Positions 1 through 14,000 of a stretch of 64,000 nucleotides of DNA are shown here, piece after piece. Every line of letters starts with the position of its first letter. Positions within the stretch are counted from its first letter, which is position 1. The stretch lies in NCBI RefSeq assembly GCF_009914755.1, contig NC_060932.1; one strand, written 5' to 3'. This stretch comes from the human T2T-CHM13v2.0 reference genome, Homo sapiens. The notes beneath the pieces were generated by a model that did no database searches, was not told the DNA's origin, and saw nothing but the letters and a program-made list of their open reading frames with translations. The position numbers and the translations under genes were made by a program.

Positions 1-256
1 CACAAAACCAGGTCTATTTGGCCCCAGTTACAAGTATTTCGACTTATCACCCATTTAATCCAGTTGAAAAAGCAGACGTATGTGAAGAATGTAATTCATA
101 CGTGATATTTAGATTCCAGGTGCCTTTACCAGTGAGTCTAATCTATTCACTATAGCCGACCTGACAAGACTTGGAAATTAAGATATTTGTCTGAATTCGT
201 TTGTGTCTTTGAAGAAAATGTATTTCTTTAACGGTATCACAAAGTCCAATTTTTCA

Positions 257-641
<385 letters not shown>

Positions 642-955
642 GTATATGCTTGTATAATATATGTACGTGGGTATTTTGTTTCCCATATACACACATGTAA
701 GTCCAGTCTTGAACTTTGATGTTTGTTCCTGAATTTTTTCTTTTAGGATGGAAAGAAATTTCATTTTCTGAAGATACTGATTTAAAACGTTGGTTTTCAA
801 TTTGAGTTTATCTAGCAGCTTGCCATGTGGCTTTGACTAAGGCAATTAATTCCTGGGCCTTCCGGTTGTCTACTTAAAAAATGGGAAGGAGATCTGTGTT
901 ACTGTTTATATGTATTTTTTTTTTCTCACGGAAGTAAAGACTTATAAGTGTATTT

Positions 956-1259
956 TTAAAAAATATATTTTATTTTAAATTCTGGGGTACTTGTGCAGAA
1001 CGTGCAGGTTTGCTACAAAGGTAAACGTGTGCCATGGTGGTTTGTTGCACCTATCAACGCATCACCTAGGTATTAATCCCCGCATGCATTAGCTATTTTT
1101 GATGCTCTCCCTCCCCCAGTCTCCCTGGGAGGCCCTGGTGTGTGTTTTTCCCTTCCCTGTGTCCATGTGTTCTCAATGTTCAGCTCCCACTTATGAGTGA
1201 GAACATGTGGTGTTTGGTTGTCTGTTCCTGTGTTAGTTTGCTGAGGATGATGGCTTCCA
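956..1259 (-). mobile_element. 5'-truncated L1PA 3' UTR fragment
   Basis: Reverse-complement L1PA 3' end (GTGCAGAACGTGCAGGTTTG...CTCCCACTTATGAGTGAGAACATG); TSD TTATAAGTG[T/G]ATTT at 942-955 and 1260-1273. Confidence 0.9.
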
Positions 1260-1550
1260 TTATAAGTGGATTTGACATAACCAATTCTTTGTCCTTAAGT
1301 ACCTTGTCCTCTCATGGCCTCTGTCACTTGCTATTCAACAGGGATAAATCAATCCTGCTCATGTAAACTCCACACCATACCTACTGTTCATGTCTGCATC
1401 TGTAGCATTCTCTTCATGGAGCAACCAGAACTCTCTTTTCCTTATAAATATTTATTTTCCAGAAATATCAGAATATACAGAACAAGGAAAACCTAAGGCC
1501 ATCTGAGATACACCTGTTTTAAGGAAGCTGTTGTAAGTGTCGCTCCAGAG

Positions 1551-1569
1551 TGCCCACAAGGTGGCAGCG
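1551..1569 (+). promoter_or_regulatory. Candidate CTCF binding site
   Basis: TGCCCACAAGGTGGCAGCG is a close match to the CTCF core motif, in non-repetitive sequence with some retained CpGs. Confidence 0.6.
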
Positions 1570-1901
1570 TCTCAGAACATTAGGCCAGCAGAAGTCCTGA
1601 GTCCTGGCCTTGGCGGTTGAACTGGGCTTCATAGCTTAGTTATACTGAGATAATAGGGTCAAGTGCCTGCCAAGTGATAGCTACAGGGAGGTCCACCAGC
1701 CAACAGTCTAGAAAACCACTTTTTGACAGTATTTTCTAAAAAGCAGTAGCAACATCACTCTTCCATTTTAGAGTGCTTTATTCAGAAAAAAAAAAAAAGA
1801 GCTTTCGGAATGCTTTATTTCACTTAAGAATGTAAAACCTACACTGGTGAGAAAAAAAAAAGGAGGGAGCAGACTCTTCCTTATATTTTCCTGTCATTCA
1901 A

Positions 1902-2040
1902 AGTCATTGATTCTCAACCTTGACTTTACATTAGAATATCTTGGGGAACTTTTAAATCACTCTCTGGGACAGAGACCCAGAGATTAATTTTTGAAAGCAC
2001 TGTAAATGATTCTAAAGAGCATTCGGTGTTGAGAATCATC
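1902..2040. mobile_element. MER5-family hAT-Charlie MITE
   Basis: TIR-like ends TGATTCTCAAC ... GTTGAGAATCA and internal ACATTAGAAT motif. Confidence 0.7.
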
Positions 2041-2049
2041 TTTTCAATT

Positions 2050-2350
2050 CCTCTCCATCCATTCATTCATTCACTCACCATTTATTGCATACTTCCTCAT
2101 GTCAGCTTTGAGCAAGGAAATGGCAATGATGTAAAATGAGATTCTACAATTGCCCCCAAAGACCTTGCAAGTTAGTAATTCAATTTAATGGAAGTCAATT
2201 CAGTAAACATTTATCAAGCTCCTAGAACATGACAGGTACTATGCTAGATACTGAAACGGCAGAGATGAGAGCAATTCTAGCTGCCTAGCATTTATATTCT
2301 AGTGGGCAGTGTATACAACTGAGTATCAGATGAGGCAGAATGTGGCATTA
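2050..2350 (+). mobile_element. L2 3'-end fragments
   Basis: (CATT)n L2 terminus followed by the typical 'aaacatttat..agctcct...aggtactatgctagatactg' sequence. Confidence 0.55.
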
Positions 2351-2699
2351 TTCATATTTTACCTTTCTATAACATTTCACAGTAACACAAAACATTTTAA
2401 CCAACTTATATAACTTAAGCTATATAACCCAATAATTCTTGAGATTTGCAAGCAGCTAACTATCATTATCTGAAGTTCAGAGAGGAGATTAACATGCTTT
2501 GCCAATATGAAGCAGAATAAGTCATCATATCCAAGTCTAGGGACTCTATGGTCAGTGCTGACTGCCTCTTTTATGGTAGGTGTGGGGCTCAGAAAAGAGG
2601 GGTTGATTTTACATGCATAAGTGAAGATCTTTGTCTCAGGGTATATTTGTGCATTTGTCTTGGAGATTTTATTTCTGAGAGAGTGAGTAGAAGATCATT

Positions 2700-4530
2700 T
2701 CTGTCTATGTATTTCCTGAGACTCTTCCTCCATCTAATCAAAGGCCTTTTTTGCGCCAGACTTAATGTATATATTCTTTCTATATGCTCTCCTTCTAACT
2801 TTCACCAAAATGGTGATCTCTAAAATTGCTCTGGATGTCTATTTCCTTGAAGAGAAAACTGAAAATATTTAGTTCTATCAGCAGATCTGGTTGTCATCAG
2901 CTTCTGTCAATCACAGAGAGCTTTAATGAGGGGAATGGAAATTAGTCTAAATGTATGTAAAGAAGGCATACAAGTCTCATTTTTCAGAGATCTTCATTCT
3001 TTCAGCTAATAGAGTGTTAAGCCAAATGCCATCTGGATTAGGACTGGCACATGAGATAGTTGATCATGAACATGTTTTAAGAATTAACCTTACAGCAGAT
3101 GTGGAGAGTTGACTCATGAGGGAGTCAAGTGTGGGTGAATATCTTCCTTATGTGGAGAACCAAAATGATATGGGCATCCTTTAGGGTCAATAAGCATAGG
3201 AAGATATTACCGGGTAGCTTGTAGGTTTTATGTTCCCATAATAGCAGAGAATCCACTCAGTGGTTGACTTCCAGGTGATTCATGGTCTCTCTATTATACA
3301 GAAGACTCTTACCAAATATCCCACCATGGCACTGTGGAATTGTCTGTCCTTTCCCTAAATGCTCAGCTTTATTAGGACTGTCAGATTTAGGTGCCATAGC
3401 CTAAGAGAAGCACGAATCCATTGCTGGATATATATCCAGCAGAAAACATTCATATGACGAATGTGAACATCATTTTAAAGAACAATTGAGAAGCTGTGAA
3501 GTTTTAAGCTAAAGTAGCAGTGACCCAGAAATGCAAATGCAAGCACAATAAATCAAATATGCAAACATCTATTTCTGCAAAAGGGGGTTACACTTGTTCT
3601 GTCCAGCTCCAGAGAGAAGGAAAATGACCAGAAGTGGAAGTGACAAGGGGGAAAATTGGAGCTTATCTTGATATGGAAGAACATTAGAATTGAGCAGTAG
3701 AAGCAGTTGCTTCACAAGCCCCCTGTTTTCAGAAGTGTTCAAGAACACTATGTTAAGAATGTGAAAGTCCAGCAGACAAGCCCCATCAGTAGCAGGAGTC
3801 AGCAGACCCGGGAATTTGGGAGCGGACTGAGTAATTTTTCTTTGAAAGAGGACCCATGAGTTAGAAGAGAATGGCCTTGGCCTTATGCCAACAGGTATTA
3901 CTTTGAGGACTCCCACTCCCCCTGTTTTGGGCCCTGAAATCCTTGCATTAGTCATTTTTCTAGTTAGTAAGTCTTTGAAGGCCTCAAAGACAGATGTGAT
4001 AGCAGTCCTTTATCCAGGGGCTGAGACCGATCCCTGCTTAGTCCAACAGTTAGGATTTAGGAGAGGGGACTCTGGTAGATTTGGCCCAAATTAACAAGCA
4101 TGGCCAGGGCTGATATGAAGCCTGGGGAGGAGGAGATTCTGAAACTAAGAGCTGTGGGTGCCAAGTACCCACAGCTTGGACCTAGTTGTCACTCCTGCCA
4201 TCTGGAAGCTCATCTTTAAGAAGAGATGCTTATGTCTATTAGACTTTCATCATGGTACATCTGGAAGTTTAGCTTAAAGAAATGGTGACTCAGATGTGGG
4301 AATGGACATATGAGAAAGGCCCGTTGGGTAGAAGAAGGGTTAGACTCTCTCCACTGAGCACTAGAGGAAGGAAAATCACCAAGGGTGGATATGTTGAGGG
4401 GATGAGGTTTCAGTATAATCAATAGCTGGAGGGACTTTAGAACTACTGAACAGTGGAAACAGCTGCTTTACAATAAGTCCTGTCTGTAGAGATGTTTAGG
4501 GACACATTGTCACTTCAGGGAGGAGGAGCC
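2700..4530 (-). mobile_element. Highly degraded ancient non-LTR LINE ORF2 relic (L4/RTE-X-like, tentative)
   Basis: Hand translation of the - strand shows frameshifted, colinear echoes of non-LTR RT motifs (SAPG, ISLL-like, KMMF, CYYG, RKIF); no intact ORF. Confidence 0.35.
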
Positions 4531-4939
4531 ATCATTCATTCATCATTTGTCCTTATTGAAGTAAGAATTGAGATTAAATAAACTCTAATGATGTGTAGGA
4601 ATTTGGATAAAATGTATTTTCCTGAAATTTTGTGAAACTACTAAACACTTTATTTATTCAACATTCCTGGATGCACTAAAAAGAATAATTCTCCTCCACA
4701 TGTATCTAATAATTCTGATTGAATTGTCTGTGCCAGAAGACACTATTATCTCAGCTGAGGGCAGAGACTATGTATTTATTTTTCTCTGAATCCCTAGCCC
4801 ATAGGACACTGCCTACTATAGAGTAGGTATACAGCAAACGTTTGTTGAGTGAATGTCAAATAAATTTTGTTAATTCTATTGCTCAAACATGGACCGAGTC
4901 CCCTCTGTGTATAAGGTATGCCTACTCAAAATATATCGA

Positions 4940-5430
4940 TAGCTAACTTTATCAAATTCTTGTTATTGGCTAGGTGCCAGGATTTCATACACTGTCTCAT
5001 TCAATCCCTGCAACCAACCCTCTTAAAAAGATCAAGTAGATGCTCTCACTACACCCTTTTTACTAATAAGGAAACTGAGGCATGCAGAGGCCAAGTAGCT
5101 CCCCCATGGTTACACAGAGAGTAATAGATGATACAAGATTTAAATTTAGGTTGTGTGACTACAAAACCAACACAGTTCATTATTACAGTATAGTCTCAGT
5201 AAAGGAGTGATCATTAATAGTGTAAAATATTTTTTAAATATAGCTAATAATTATTGCACGTGTTCTATATGCCAGTTCCTAAGCATTTGTCCATTTATTC
5301 CTCACATTAGCCTCACAAGGTAGGTACTATTATTGTGCCCATTTTACAGATAACAAATAGAGTCTAGGATTTTTTGATCTGGGCTTATCAGACTGTCAAA
5401 CTTATCCTCTGAATGTTATGTGATATTCTT
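4940..5430 (-). mobile_element. Two MIR SINE remnants
   Basis: MIR core motifs ATAAGGAAACTGAGGCA and CCCATTTTACAGATAA. Confidence 0.65.
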
Positions 5431-7203
5431 CCATTTTTAGGGGTACTGAAGGAACAAGTATCCCCCAAAATGGAAGAAGAAGAACATTTTGGGGGATACT
5501 GAAGGAACAAGTCATGAGTCCTCTTCTGTGAAGTGTGTGTGTTACTTTAAGAAAATTATATTTAGATTTGACCTGGCACTGGATCTCGGCTCACCCAACA
5601 CTCTATTAGGATAGTACCATTCCAAATGTTCTTTATGCATGCCTTCTGGATATCAATTAGCTATGAGTTCAGAGGCAGGTTAGAGGTGACAAGGAAACTC
5701 ACAAAGAACTAAAACATTAGGATCAAATGGAGATGGGTTCTGGGTGAGGCTCACTATTGTATTAGCTATGGGAATACTAATAAAATCCCATATTTGGAGG
5801 CCACTTAACCTCTGCATAGCCTAGTTTCACCATCTATAAAATGGAGTAGCGGGAGTAGTTATACCCCTTTCTTCTTATCCATTTTCTCATTAAAACTTGT
5901 AACTTTTTAAATGGGAAGAATCAGGTGTATTATAAGACAAATGGAATTAGGTGGAGAAAAATTCGTGCAAGCCTCATTTTATGATGTAGCCTAACTTTGC
6001 TTTATGAAACTAAGTCTACCTCAAAAGGGCATCGGAGCCTCAGAATCCTACAAAATATGGCCCCTGACTGAGAGTTGGAAGAACTCAACCAGATACACGG
6101 GCAGACTTAGGTTGTCTTGGGCCTGGAACTTATACAAATTTTGGACTCTCTTTAGGTAAAAGAATACAAAATTAGACACAAATGAGATTTTGTCATAAAT
6201 CTTTAATGTGGATTAAATTAAGTAACATAAGAGATAATTCACTTCTTTTAAAATATCTTCACCTGATCAAAATCAATCATACTTCTGAAATAATTCCAGA
6301 TCTCATACATTAAGTTGAAATCAAAAGCTGTGGATCATGTTATAATATAACAAGCTTGGCTTTGTGGAAAGAGGCATAGCTTCCTTCTCCCCCCATTGGT
6401 TTTATATATTTGAGGTCAAAAGCCTTCTTGCTGAGAAAAAGAGAAAAGGGTTGATAAGCGCAAGAGTGCATGTGTGCCTGCAACAGCAATTTGGTGTGGG
6501 GAGTTCTCGAGGACAGCAAGGATGTGAGCCATGGCAGCAAATCAGGAGGAAGCTAGGTGTTCACCACATTAACCTTATCATTAAGAAAACAATCTGCCTC
6601 TCTTGGCCTGGGAATCCCTCCTGAGTGCTTCTAGGCTGCGAGTGTCAAATTGTTCTTTACAGATGCTGAGCAGAAGAGGATTTTCCATTTCATCTTTTGG
6701 CCTTCCCTTCTCCCTCCCTCAATGAGGACTTGTGCTGCCTCCTGCTGGAGTGTTGTAGGGAAGATTAATTAGCTAATATTGGTTAAGGGCCTTTGATGAT
6801 GACTGCTAAGTGTTTGCACCGTGTAATTGCCATTTTTTCCAAGGAAATGCCCATATAGTTACTAATTAGGCATTGTTGAAGAACCTCATGCCCCATTATT
6901 TTACAGTTGTCTTGTAATTAACTGGCATCAGTTCCATTTCAAATGACATTTATTGCCCATTTCCCTGGTTTAATTTTTGGAAATTTTATGGGAAGCCTGG
7001 GCATTGTTTCTTATTCACTGCAACTTGAATAATTAACAAGGTAAATATGGCTTTGGGTGGTGATATTGTCAACAACAAGAGTACTTTAGAGATTTTAATT
7101 AAGAATGCTACTGCTGTACTTTATGTGAAAGTTTATTATGGTGCCTAAGCACTCTAAGCACTCCTTCATTGTGGATTGTGGCTCATGTCTGAGTGTTTGT
7201 GCC

Positions 7204-7228
7204 TGTGTGTGTGTGTGTGTGTGCGCGC
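7204..7228 (+). repeat. (TG)n(CG)n microsatellite
   Basis: Visible dinucleotide run. Confidence 0.85.
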
Positions 7229-8035
7229 TTGTATAAATGTGTAATTTTTATGACAAACGATGCAATATGAGATATGAAAACAAAGTCCTCCTTTGGCTTA
7301 CCCTTCTCAAACGCACAAACTGGAGAAGCTGATTAATTAATATTTTGCCATTGTCTTACTATAACCTAGAGACTTGAATTAAATCAAACATCACTTGTTA
7401 AATGTCTACTATAGTATCAGTTTTGGACTAGATGTGTTTCATGATTTCTTTAATCTTTACAACAAGTCAATCAGGTTTCTCACAATGACAAGATGAAGAT
7501 TCAGAGAGGTTAAGTAAGATGTCCAGAGGCACATGGGTAGTAATAGATGAAGATAGAGCTCAAATTCAAGTCAGCCACACTCTGAAGACTGGGCCCTTTC
7601 CATGCTATCTCTCAAGCAAAATTACTGAGCTTTCTACTTGGAAGTGAGTCTTGGTCACTCCAAAGGACAACTCGTGCCTTCTCCAGGAAGTCTTGAATGA
7701 TCATTTATGTAAGTGCAACTTCTCACCTGTACTCTGATATTACTTTCTATGGCTTCTCATGGTTTGACTTTTATTTAAGCTGTGTGCCAGTGGCAAGGAC
7801 AATATAATGTGACACTTAGAAAAGGGTGGACTTTGGAGACAACTGGAATGTATTCCTTATTCTGCCTTTTCCTATCTGAGTCATTTTGGACAAAATTCAG
7901 CACAGCTTAAGATTCACATTGTTGATGTGAAGACGAAAGTAGAGCATGTGTGGCAAGTTCTCAGAATGTGTTGTGGTACATGGGAAGCACACAATATATG
8001 GTGGCTGGTTAGATGGATTAAAAACAACATAAATG

Positions 8036-8381
<346 letters not shown>

Positions 8382-8442
8382 TCATTAAATTAATATTTTG
8401 GTGCTGTTTTAGAACCTCTGTCTGGGTACGTTTTTTCATTTA

Positions 8443-8497
8443 ACTGCACTCCAGCCTGGGCGACCGAGCAAGACTCCGTCTAAAAAAAAATAAAAAA
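8443..8497 (+). mobile_element. Second Alu 3' end with A tail
   Basis: ACTGCACTCCAGCCTGGGCGACCGAGCAAGACTCCGTCT followed by an A-rich tail. Confidence 0.9.
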
Positions 8498-8954
8498 CCG
8501 TAAATGAAGGAATGAATGGCAGTGACCTTTGTTCGTTTATAGGATCACCTCTCCAAAATTGCGCTCTGTGTCGGTTCAAAATGTAATTTTAAAAATATGA
8601 AAATGAATCTCATAAAGACTTGAGAAAAACAAGTATATCTGACTGAGTTCCAGGCTGCCCCACTGTAGTAGAAAAACCTGACTAGATCACACTGATTATA
8701 ATGTTGTATACAACTTCTTAAAAATAATGGCCACTGAGACCAGAATATGTTGATTATTAATGAGCTGAAATATGGGGTCTATTGTGTTGTGAGTTCCTCC
8801 AACCTATTTCATGAATGAAATAGAATCATGGAGACCAACAGGAGACCTGGACTCGAAATCACAGGATTCTTATCAGAATTTCAATTTCAATTCCACCATG
8901 TGTAATTATATATGTGACCTCTATATGCAATAAGCTGTAAATTTCACAGAACTA

Positions 8955-9318
8955 CCAAGACTCCAGGAAGCGGACTCGGAATTGGAAATTTATTTGTGTA
9001 AAGTTTATTGGGGGTGTTTTCTGGACCAGGACCTGTCAGGGGGTCAGAGAAGCAAGACTGGGTCAGACTGGTTACAGGTGACTTCCCAGGCATTTCTGGA
9101 GGGCTGAATTGAAGAAGGAATGCCAAGACTTTGAAGCCTTTCAGACTGTCCCCAGGAGAAGGGTGTAGCATTAGACAGAGCAGCTCTCTTTGACCAAGAG
9201 AGGACATTTCCTGAGAAGAAACTTGGCTGTGAGATATCAACAACCCATAATTCCAGCAGCCATGGGCATGAGTTTCTCAGTTCTGGAATCTGAGTGGAGC
9301 ACTACAGCATCCACTACA
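8955..9318 (-). mobile_element. ERVL LTR16-family solo LTR
   Basis: On the - strand it starts TGTAGTGGATGCTGTAGTGC, with AATAAA near the distal end. Confidence 0.65.
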
Positions 9319-9863
9319 GTGGTGAAAGAAGGATTCGAACTCAGGAAACCTGACCCCTCATGACTTCATTATAATTTCTTTCCTTGCAACTCAATGACTA
9401 TCATCATTTTCACTTTACAGTTCAAAATATAGAACCTCAGAGTTAAGTAACTTGCCTAACATGCCAGAAATTGTAGGTCCCAAGATATACAACGAAAGCC
9501 CATGCGCATTCCCTAGGACCATATATCTGCGTACTTTAATAGCAAATGAAAAGTCACTCAATAGACTGCTAAATTGTTCAACATGTAATCGTTTGCTAAA
9601 TCTCAGAAGATGGAAAGGGATTATGTGTGTATGTACTTGCACGTAATGTTTTAGAACAGGCAGATAGATATTAGCTGTTTCCCCCTGGATGGTGGAAACA
9701 CTCAGGACTTCAGAGGAGTAGCAGCAGAAAACCATTACAACACACTTCATATCAAGCAGATTTTGCAAGTCAAGTAATTGCTTGTAAACATAACACCATG
9801 GAATAAAACCTGATATATATTATTTGGACTTCACAAAATAATTCCTATTATTTCTGTAAGTAA

Positions 9864-10170
<307 letters not shown>

Positions 10171-13100
10171 TTTTGTGTATCTCTGATGTTATGATGTACT
10201 CACTAGGAATATGGAGGTAAATGGAGCTTATAGATTGGTGACAGAGTTGTGTTGGATTTGGACTTCAATACTGCAAGAGGTTTCTGGTGACGTGGTCACC
10301 CAGAGAATATTATAAACAGACGGAGAATAGTCTTAAAACTCAGCCCACTCCATCATCCCAAATCTAAGATAAAAGGAAGGGAAGGAGGGAGGGGATTTAC
10401 TGAAAGCAATAACTTATTTGCTCCAGCCTGGAAAATGTCCTACAACCTATGGAGTTGTACTAATGTGTGAGTGGATCTCAAAGTCAGCATGAATCCCTGC
10501 AGGGTTAGTTGGCATAATCATCAACCTACCCACTCACAGGATGCCAGCTTCTGGGCCATAGGAGCTCATGGAGACAGAGTAGCACCATGAAACTTGTCTT
10601 CATAACAGGACTGGTCCATGCGTCTACTTCTTCCTCCTCATAGACCCCATCTGCTGTGGGAAGTTAGGGCTTCACCCTGAGGCTCTGTATTTTCAACTGT
10701 AAAGTGAAAATGACAATAATCATTGAGTCTAACCATTTCCATTTTCTTAATATTTGCTTTCATCAGGCTGGGCCACCTCAGGATCTGTGTGTCTGCCTAA
10801 AGGCAAAAACAGTTCTCCCAGGCCTCTCCCAACTAAAATGTGAGAGCAGAGTCCAGCAGGACACTGGATTTGCAAGCAGAATGACGTGGACACGAGTCAT
10901 GATTCCATCACTTTGTAAACAGCAGGCTACTCAGTTTCTCTGGGGTTTGATTTCTTCATCTGCAAAATGAGGTTGGATGAGGGATAATAATAACCTTCAC
11001 AATTTTGAGGCACAAATGAGAATATTTGTGTTTTTAAGGAGGAATTATATAAAAGTTCCATACAAATAATGATGTTGAGCTGGAGGGCTCTGCGGATGCA
11101 TTTAGCTTGGGAAGAAGAAGATAAGCCTTTACTTGGAGGAAAAGCCAGAATCACAGCTGTTGGATTTGTTCTGAAATGAATACAAGACACCTTTGTAAGC
11201 CAGACTGACAAATTAGTCTGCCCTACTCCTCATGTGCTGGCTGTCAGCTTGTGCCCCGCTGCATCCTGTGCCCCATGTTCAAATTCAATCAAGGTCAGAG
11301 CAAACAGTCACCCATTGCAATTCTAGAAACCTGTTTTCTCCTATCCATTGCACATCTCAACCCATCACATTGGAATAACACAGTCAGGCGCAATTAGCCT
11401 CAGACTATTTAATTACCCAATGGGTTTCCATATGTCATTAAGCAACATCCTTGTGAGATCACAAGGGTGCTGCACACACAAAATGGTCACGTCCTCTGCT
11501 TTGCACTTTCAGCAAATAAGACTTGAAGTCAGGTTGTCATGATAGTCTTGATTTAACATATCTAATTCCAGTAATTTAGAACTTTCCTTGGATCTGGAAA
11601 TGCTCAGGACCCATCACTGAGTGTCTATTTTGATTTCCCTGGAGGTTGAGAAGGAGATGCCTTTCCAGGCTTCTGAGAAAACACATCCTTCTTGGGCCGT
11701 CACTTCCTTGCACAGGCTATTCTTCTTGCTATCAATATGTTTCCTTCTTATCTTAGTTGGCAAATTCAGAACACAAGCTTCAAATTAACCTCAGGTGGAA
11801 CTCACCTGTGAGTAAAGGTTTTCCTGAAGCTTGCAAAAGCAGAGAGAGTCACAGTCATGCCCCTTGTTCAAAACACTTCTAAGCACATCAGCTCCAATTT
11901 CCAATTCTGCAGTTATTTGTTTAACTATATCCCTTTCCTGTAGACTGTGAAGTCCTTGAAGAATGGCACTGTATTTTGTTCATCTTTTTGATTCAGAACA
12001 CTTAGTGTGGAATGAGCCTGAAATTATAAATTGAATAGATGAATAAATATACATAAATATAAATAGATACTGTTTTTCAAATGTTTATTTTCAACAGAAA
12101 TATTGAACTCATTGTCTTTTGGTGAGTTGACTTTCATTTTTTGAGCACCATGCAAAATTATACTGGCTATTTTTCAAGGAATAAAACAATGGAAAATTAT
12201 ACCAGAAAGATGAGATTTCTTCACTTCCTCCTTTCTCCACTGTGGGTAAGTTTATTATTATTTTTTATTTCTGCCTTAACTATGGGCTGCTATAACATGC
12301 ATAATTATTTAGTGGACTACTGGACTTAATGATAAGATCTGTCTGATACACAGGATGATGTCTTGGAACTGTCACAGCTGAGTTGGGAGAAAGATATAGC
12401 TCAAGATGAATGGCTGAATTCAGATTAAATCATCACTCTTTGGGCATCTACTAAAGATTGGATATGGTGCTGAAAACATCACCTTCATTATCTTAATAGT
12501 CAATTGACATTAGCACTCCCATAGTGCAGGTGTAGAAAGGGAGGCTTATAGAAGTGATTTAATTTGCTAGAGATGACCCAGCTATTAAGCATATGCTGAG
12601 TCCAGATATCTAGTTTCAAACAGACTGGAAATGGGCTGAGATTCAGAGAGGACATGGGAGTGCTTAGCTAGTGGATGTGTCTGCAAGATAGCCAAGTCCC
12701 TGGCAACCCTGAGGCTCTGTGATTTGTGTGGCTTGGTGAGGACCTCTACTGGCTAAACTTCCTGGGCTGATAAAATGCAGTGAGGATGGAGACTGGGGGG
12801 AAGAAGGGCAAAGGATCTGAGTTTGAGTATTAGTCTAGTCACTTATTGGATGCATTGGGTGTTTCTTGCTTCATGCCACTGTTCTGCCTATGTCCTTCCA
12901 CGGCTCCCAAGTGCTCTTTGTACAGAGATCGTGAATGTGTCAGTTGCTGTATGGCCTGCCTCTCCTTCCCACTCCAGCCTCAACCCATTTCATACCCTGC
13001 TCCCTGCCTTGGGGCTGGCCATACCAGGAGGCTTCTTGCCTGTTCTCTCTTGCCTTTGCAAGTGCTGTATATTCTGCCTAGAATTCTCTTCTCATCTCTC

Positions 13101-13744
13101 TTGTGCCACCTAAAAAAAAGGCTTTTCATCTTTCTGCTCTCAACCCAAGCACCTGTTTCTCAAGGCAAGCCCTTCTGCTGCCCCAGGGCCAGCTCAGCTT
13201 CCATTATGAGTCCCTGATATTGACCTGTCTTCCTTTCCGTCAGAGCCCCTCACTTGTTTTGCAGGTAGCATTCACTAATGGATTAGGTAATTAATACTGG
13301 TCTTTCCTTTTAGACCGGAATCTCCATAAAAGCAGGGACAGTGTAGCATGGCTGGCACAGATCATGTTATCTACTCATAGACAGCTACTATCTAAACATT
13401 TGCTTGCCCTCTCTGAATCCCAGATAGTCTCCACGCTCTGTGAAACTAGATTATAGTAGTTGGCAAATCAAAATTTGTGATTCACTTTCAAAAAACTGTT
13501 TGCCATTTCTTCAGAGTACAAACTCAGTTCATATCTACAAACTCCAATGGGTCAAATGACTAATAGCGAATGAATGGAGAAGGAAGGAGTAGACACAACT
13601 GGTCTTATCATTGCTTAGCTGTCTGCAAGGCTTGAGCTGCAGAGTGCTTGCTATTTTGTAAGTTTTTGACCTCTGGAGGAGAATTCCAGAGCTGGTCTAC
13701 TTATCTAATTAGGAGCCCATGTTCACAGTAAAATCAATTCTTCA

Positions 13745-14000
13745 TGTAGTATGGGGTTGAGGGATCAGTAAAAGCATCGACTTTGGAACAAGACTGCCTG
13801 GATTCTACCACTTATTTGCTCTGTGAATTTAAGCAACTTACTTAACCCATCTCTGACTTAGTTTTGCCATCTGTAAAGTGGGGGATATTACATTATTTAT
13901 GTTGTATGGTTGCTGTGAAGATTAAATAATTTATATTTATTTTACAAAGTGTTTATAATAGTTCCTGACATATAGTGTATGCTATATAAGTAATTTCTAT
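13745..14000 (+). mobile_element. MIR SINE
   Basis: MIR core 'ttacttaacc..tctctgacttagttttgccatctgtaaagtgggg'. Confidence 0.7.

Noticed and set aside
5788-5797. Perfect CArG box CCATATTTGG (also at ~46560)
   Set aside because: Expected by chance in AT-rich DNA and located in or next to repeat remnants
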